NCBI GenBank assembly: GCA_024640135.1
Contig: JAHEFO010000003.1
Location: 1 to 54,441 of the forward strand
Direction of reading: 5' to 3'
DNA length: 54,441 nucleotides
DNA from: Acidobacteriota bacterium
GTDB taxonomy: Bacteria > Acidobacteriota > Vicinamibacteria > Vicinamibacterales > SCN-69-37
Below the pieces are notes generated by a model, which was not told the origin of the DNA, did no database searches, and saw nothing but the letters and a program-made list of their open reading frames with translations. Positions 51,494-54,441 of the stretch are shown in pieces. How positions within the stretch are numbered: the stretch's first letter is position 1; the number at the start of each line of letters is the position of its first letter. The translations under genes and the position numbers were made by a program.

Positions 51494-51645
51494 GGTCCTC
51501 TCCGCTCACTCCTGTCGTGCCGCCGCACGTCCTGACAATGCGGCACCGTCAAGCACCAGCGCCCGCACCAATATCCAGGTAATCGACTGAAGAAAGCCCG
51601 GTCGCGGCAACCTTCTTCTCCTCTCGACCGTCGAAGGGAGTAGCC

Positions 51646-51999
51646 ATGACCATTGGAAGTTCCAACAAGGACGCCACCTCCATTCTTCAGGGCACGCTCG
51701 ACATGCTCGTGCTCCGGGCCCTCCAGCTCCAGCCCATGCACGGATGGGGCATCACCGAACGCATCGAACAGTGGTCGGAAGAAGTCCTGTGTGTCGGACA
51801 GGGCACGCTGTACCCGGCGCTGTACCGCCTCGAGCGGCAGGGCCTGATCACCTCCACCTGGCAAACCACCGAGAACAACCGGCGCGCCCGGTACTATGCC
51901 CTCACTCCGGCAGGACGGAGGCATCTGGCCAGGGAAATCAAGGAATGGCACCGGATGTCACGAGCCATCAACCTGGTCCTCGACGTGGTCAAGATCTAG
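51646..51999 (+). CDS. PadR-family transcriptional regulator
   Basis: LQGTLDMLVLRALQLQPMHGWGITERIE...GTLYPALYRLERQGLITSTWQTTENNRRARYYALTPAGR is the winged-helix PadR signature. Confidence 0.9.
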   Translation: MTIGSSNKDATSILQGTLDMLVLRALQLQPMHGWGITERIEQWSEEVLCVGQGTLYPALYRLERQGLITSTWQTTENNRRARYYALTPAGRRHLAREIKEWHRMSRAINLVLDVVKI

Positions 52000-52008
52000 G
52001 AGTCTTCC

Positions 52009-54441
52009 ATGAGACGCGACGAGCGGATAGACGACGAGATTCAGTTTCATCTCGAAGAGCAGACGGCGAAGAACATTCGTGCGGGCATGACACCCGAACA
52101 GGCTCGCCGAGATGCGCGCTTGAAATTCGGTGGCGTGGGCGGCGTCCGTGAGGCCGCCCGTGACCAGCAACGAGGCGTGTGGGTCGCCGATTTGTTCCGA
52201 GACATGCGCATCGGCCTCCGCAGTCTGACCCGCGTGCCGACGTTTGCCGTCACGGCCATTGTGACCCTGGCGTTTGGCGTCGGCAGCGCCGCGGCGATGT
52301 TCAGTGTGTTCGACGGGGTTCTGCTGAGGGCACTTCCCTACCCGGACTCCGATCGGGTCGTTCGGCTGTACCAACTGGGCGCTACAGGTGCCCGGGGCAA
52401 CGTGTCCGAGCCCAACTTCAACGACTGGCGCGACGGCACCCAGAGTTTCTCCGCGATGGCGGAGATGGGAGCGTACGGTCGTCAGCCCATCGTGGGCGCC
52501 GGTGAGGCGCAACTGGCTCGTGTGACCATTGTGTCCAGAGAGTTCTTCGCCGTAATGGGCGTGCAACCCTCCCTGGGCCGGGGATTCCGGGCGGAAGAAC
52601 TGCGTCAGGGCGGACCGCCGGTGGTGATCGTCAGCGCAGCCTTCTGGAAGACCTGGCGCGGGGACGCGAGCCCACAGGGCGAAGTCATCCGCTGGGGAAC
52701 CACGTCATTCACGGTCGTGGGTGTGATGCCGGACGGATTCGACTATCCGACCCAGACGGCCATCTGGGCGCCTCGCGAGATGAATGCCCCGCAGGTGTCC
52801 CGGACGGCCCACAACTTCCAGGTCATTGCCCGATTGGCCGAAGGCGTGACAGTGGAACGGGCCACTGCCGACATCAGTGCGCTGTCCCGGCGCCTGAAGG
52901 AGCAGCACGGCGATGACACCTGGATGGTCGATGCGGAGGCTGTCCCCCTGCTGGAGGTCGTGACCTCCACGTCCAGGTCGACATTACAACTGCTCCTGGC
53001 GGCCTCACTGCTCCTGTTGGTCGTCGCCTGCACCAATGTGTCGAATCTGCTGGTGGTGCGGGCAGCGTCCAGACGGCCTGAGTTCGCCGTGCAACTCGCG
53101 ATGGGTGCCTCGACAGGTCGAATGGTCCGCCAGTTGATGGCAGAAACGCTCGTGGTTTGTCTGTTGGGCGCAGGAGTTGGCGTCTTCGTCGCGTCGGGCG
53201 CGGTCCGCGCATTCGTCGCGATGGCGCCCGACGACGTGCCGCGGCTGGCCGGCGTGGTCGTCAGTTGGCCCGCCGTGGCGTTTGCCGCCGCCGTCGCCCT
53301 GATCGCCGCCCTCGCGCTCAGTGTCGTCACCGCTGTTGGTGTCCGCTCGGTTCGTATTACCGATGCCTTGTCCGACAGCACCCGCTCGGGTACGGGCGGG
53401 CGCCGCCAACTGCGCGTCCGCGAGGGATTGATCGTCACGCAGGTGGCGCTTGCGCTGGTCCTGTTGTCCGGCGCCGCGTTGCTCGGTCGCAGCCTCTACT
53501 CCGTGCTGACGGTCGATCCGGGCTACTCGCTTGACGACGGGCTCATCGTTGGACTGACCGTGAGCGGCGACGGAAGTCCGGAAGCCCAGGCCAGGCAGGT
53601 GGCACTACAGGAGGCCGTGATCGAAGGCTTGAGGCGGCAGCCTGGTGTCATCGGCGTGGGATTGGTGAACAACTTTCCGCTTGCCGGCGGCAGTGGCGCC
53701 AGTGGGGCTTTCATCGAGATGACGCGGCCCGATGAGATCACCAACTTCAGCCAATTCGACCTCACTGACCCGAGGAAGAAGCTGATGTCTGGATCCGCCG
53801 CGTACCGTCAGGTGAGCGGCGACTATTTCACGACAATGGCGATTCCGTTACTCGAGGGACGTCTGATTGACGACAGGGATACGGTGACGTCTCCCCACGT
53901 GGCCGTGATCAGTCGATCACTCGCCGAAACCCGGTGGGCTGGCCGGAGCGCGCTCGGCCGATGGATCCAGTTCGGCAACATGGACGGCGATCTCCGCGGG
54001 CTTCAGGTGGTGGGCGTGGTCGGCGACGTAAGCGAGGTCACGCCTGAAGCGAAGCCTGAGCCGACGCTGTACGTGTCCTCACGCCAACGTCCCGGTCAAG
54101 CCGCACGCGCGTCGATCCTCGTGCGAGGGCCCGTGCCGGAGACCCTCGTTGGTGCCGCGAGGCGGATCGTCCGGGAGATCGATCCGGAACTGCCCGCAAC
54201 GGTCAGCACGGTGTCTGCCGCACTGGACACGGCTGTCGGCGGACGCCGGTTCACGCTGTGGCTCGTGGGGGCGTTTGGACTCGCCGCCTTGGTATTGGCG
54301 GTGCTCGGCGTGTACGGCCTGGTGGCATATACCGTGTCGCTGCGGACTCGCGAGATGGGGATTCGGATGGCTCTCGGCGCAGAGCCGCGGGCGCTGGTGT
54401 GGCTCGTCGCGAAGCGGGGAGCTCAACTGGCAGTTCTTGGA
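52009..54441 (+). CDS. Duplicated MacB-like/FtsX ABC-transporter permease (ADOP-type), 3' end beyond the window
   Basis: This ORF is not in the track because it has no stop. My hand translation from ATG 52009 is open for 811 codons to the window edge: MRRDERIDDEIQFHLEEQTAKNIRAGMTPEQARRDARLKFGGV (permease-prefix), LRSLTRVPTFAVTAIVTLAFGVG, two FtsX-type modules, and ...RTREMGIRMALGAEPRALVWLV. The ATG lies 9 nt after the padR stop. Confidence 0.85.
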   Translation, partial: MRRDERIDDEIQFHLEEQTAKNIRAGMTPEQARRDARLKFGGVGGVREAARDQQRGVWVADLFRDMRIGLRSLTRVPTFAVTAIVTLAFGVGSAAAMFSVFDGVLLRALPYPDSDRVVRLYQLGATGARGNVSEPNFNDWRDGTQSFSAMAEMGAYGRQPIVGAGEAQLARVTIVSREFFAVMGVQPSLGRGFRAEELRQGGPPVVIVSAAFWKTWRGDASPQGEVIRWGTTSFTVVGVMPDGFDYPTQTAIWAPREMNAPQVSRTAHNFQVIARLAEGVTVERATADISALSRRLKEQHGDDTWMVDAEAVPLLEVVTSTSRSTLQLLLAASLLLLVVACTNVSNLLVVRAASRRPEFAVQLAMGASTGRMVRQLMAETLVVCLLGAGVGVFVASGAVRAFVAMAPDDVPRLAGVVVSWPAVAFAAAVALIAALALSVVTAVGVRSVRITDALSDSTRSGTGGRRQLRVREGLIVTQVALALVLLSGAALLGRSLYSVLTVDPGYSLDDGLIVGLTVSGDGSPEAQARQVALQEAVIEGLRRQPGVIGVGLVNNFPLAGGSGASGAFIEMTRPDEITNFSQFDLTDPRKKLMSGSAAYRQVSGDYFTTMAIPLLEGRLIDDRDTVTSPHVAVISRSLAETRWAGRSALGRWIQFGNMDGDLRGLQVVGVVGDVSEVTPEAKPEPTLYVSSRQRPGQAARASILVRGPVPETLVGAARRIVREIDPELPATVSTVSAALDTAVGGRRFTLWLVGAFGLAALVLAVLGVYGLVAYTVSLRTREMGIRMALGAEPRALVWLVAKRGAQLAVLG

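Overview
GC-rich (about two-thirds G+C by eye) bacterial chromosomal window from a diderm, since BamA and TamB are present. The PadR + duplicated-FtsX 'ADOP'-type permease pair, several sigma-54 elements and many PEGA/TPR/FN3 lipoproteins suggest an Acidobacteriota-like lineage; this is inference only. I found no rRNA, tRNA, CRISPR array, transposase or phage gene. Content from left to right: obg(partial)-rpmA-rplU; a TPR/lipoprotein pair; a Firmicute-like dprA-topA-trmFO-xerC block separated from its usual partners hslVU by about 10.6 kb. That stretch holds an NtrC-type two-component system, an ABC-F ATPase, an ECF sigma/anti-sigma module with two exported unknowns, an APC permease and a sigma-54-driven PEGA-protein operon. 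Next comes a roughly 15 kb tightly coupled gene train: hslVU, FN3 lipoprotein, FAH hydrolase, transaldolase, acyl-CoA carboxylase subunits, tamB, and a bamA with 7 POTRA-like repeats. The best candidate for an undescribed system is the ten-gene minus-strand locus at 34434-48199. It encodes a CPBP protease, three paralogous GT-C-like membrane proteins (two carrying an extra C-terminal domain), a GT39/ArnT-like enzyme, four GT4 glycosyltransferases and a zinc-ribbon SAM methyltransferase, almost all joined by ATGA start/stop overlaps. It has no flippase, polymerase or priming transferase. The window ends with class II RNR nrdJ (candidate tandem NrdR boxes, structured leader), padR and a partial ADOP permease. 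All calls rest on reading the translations and motifs by eye; no database search was run.
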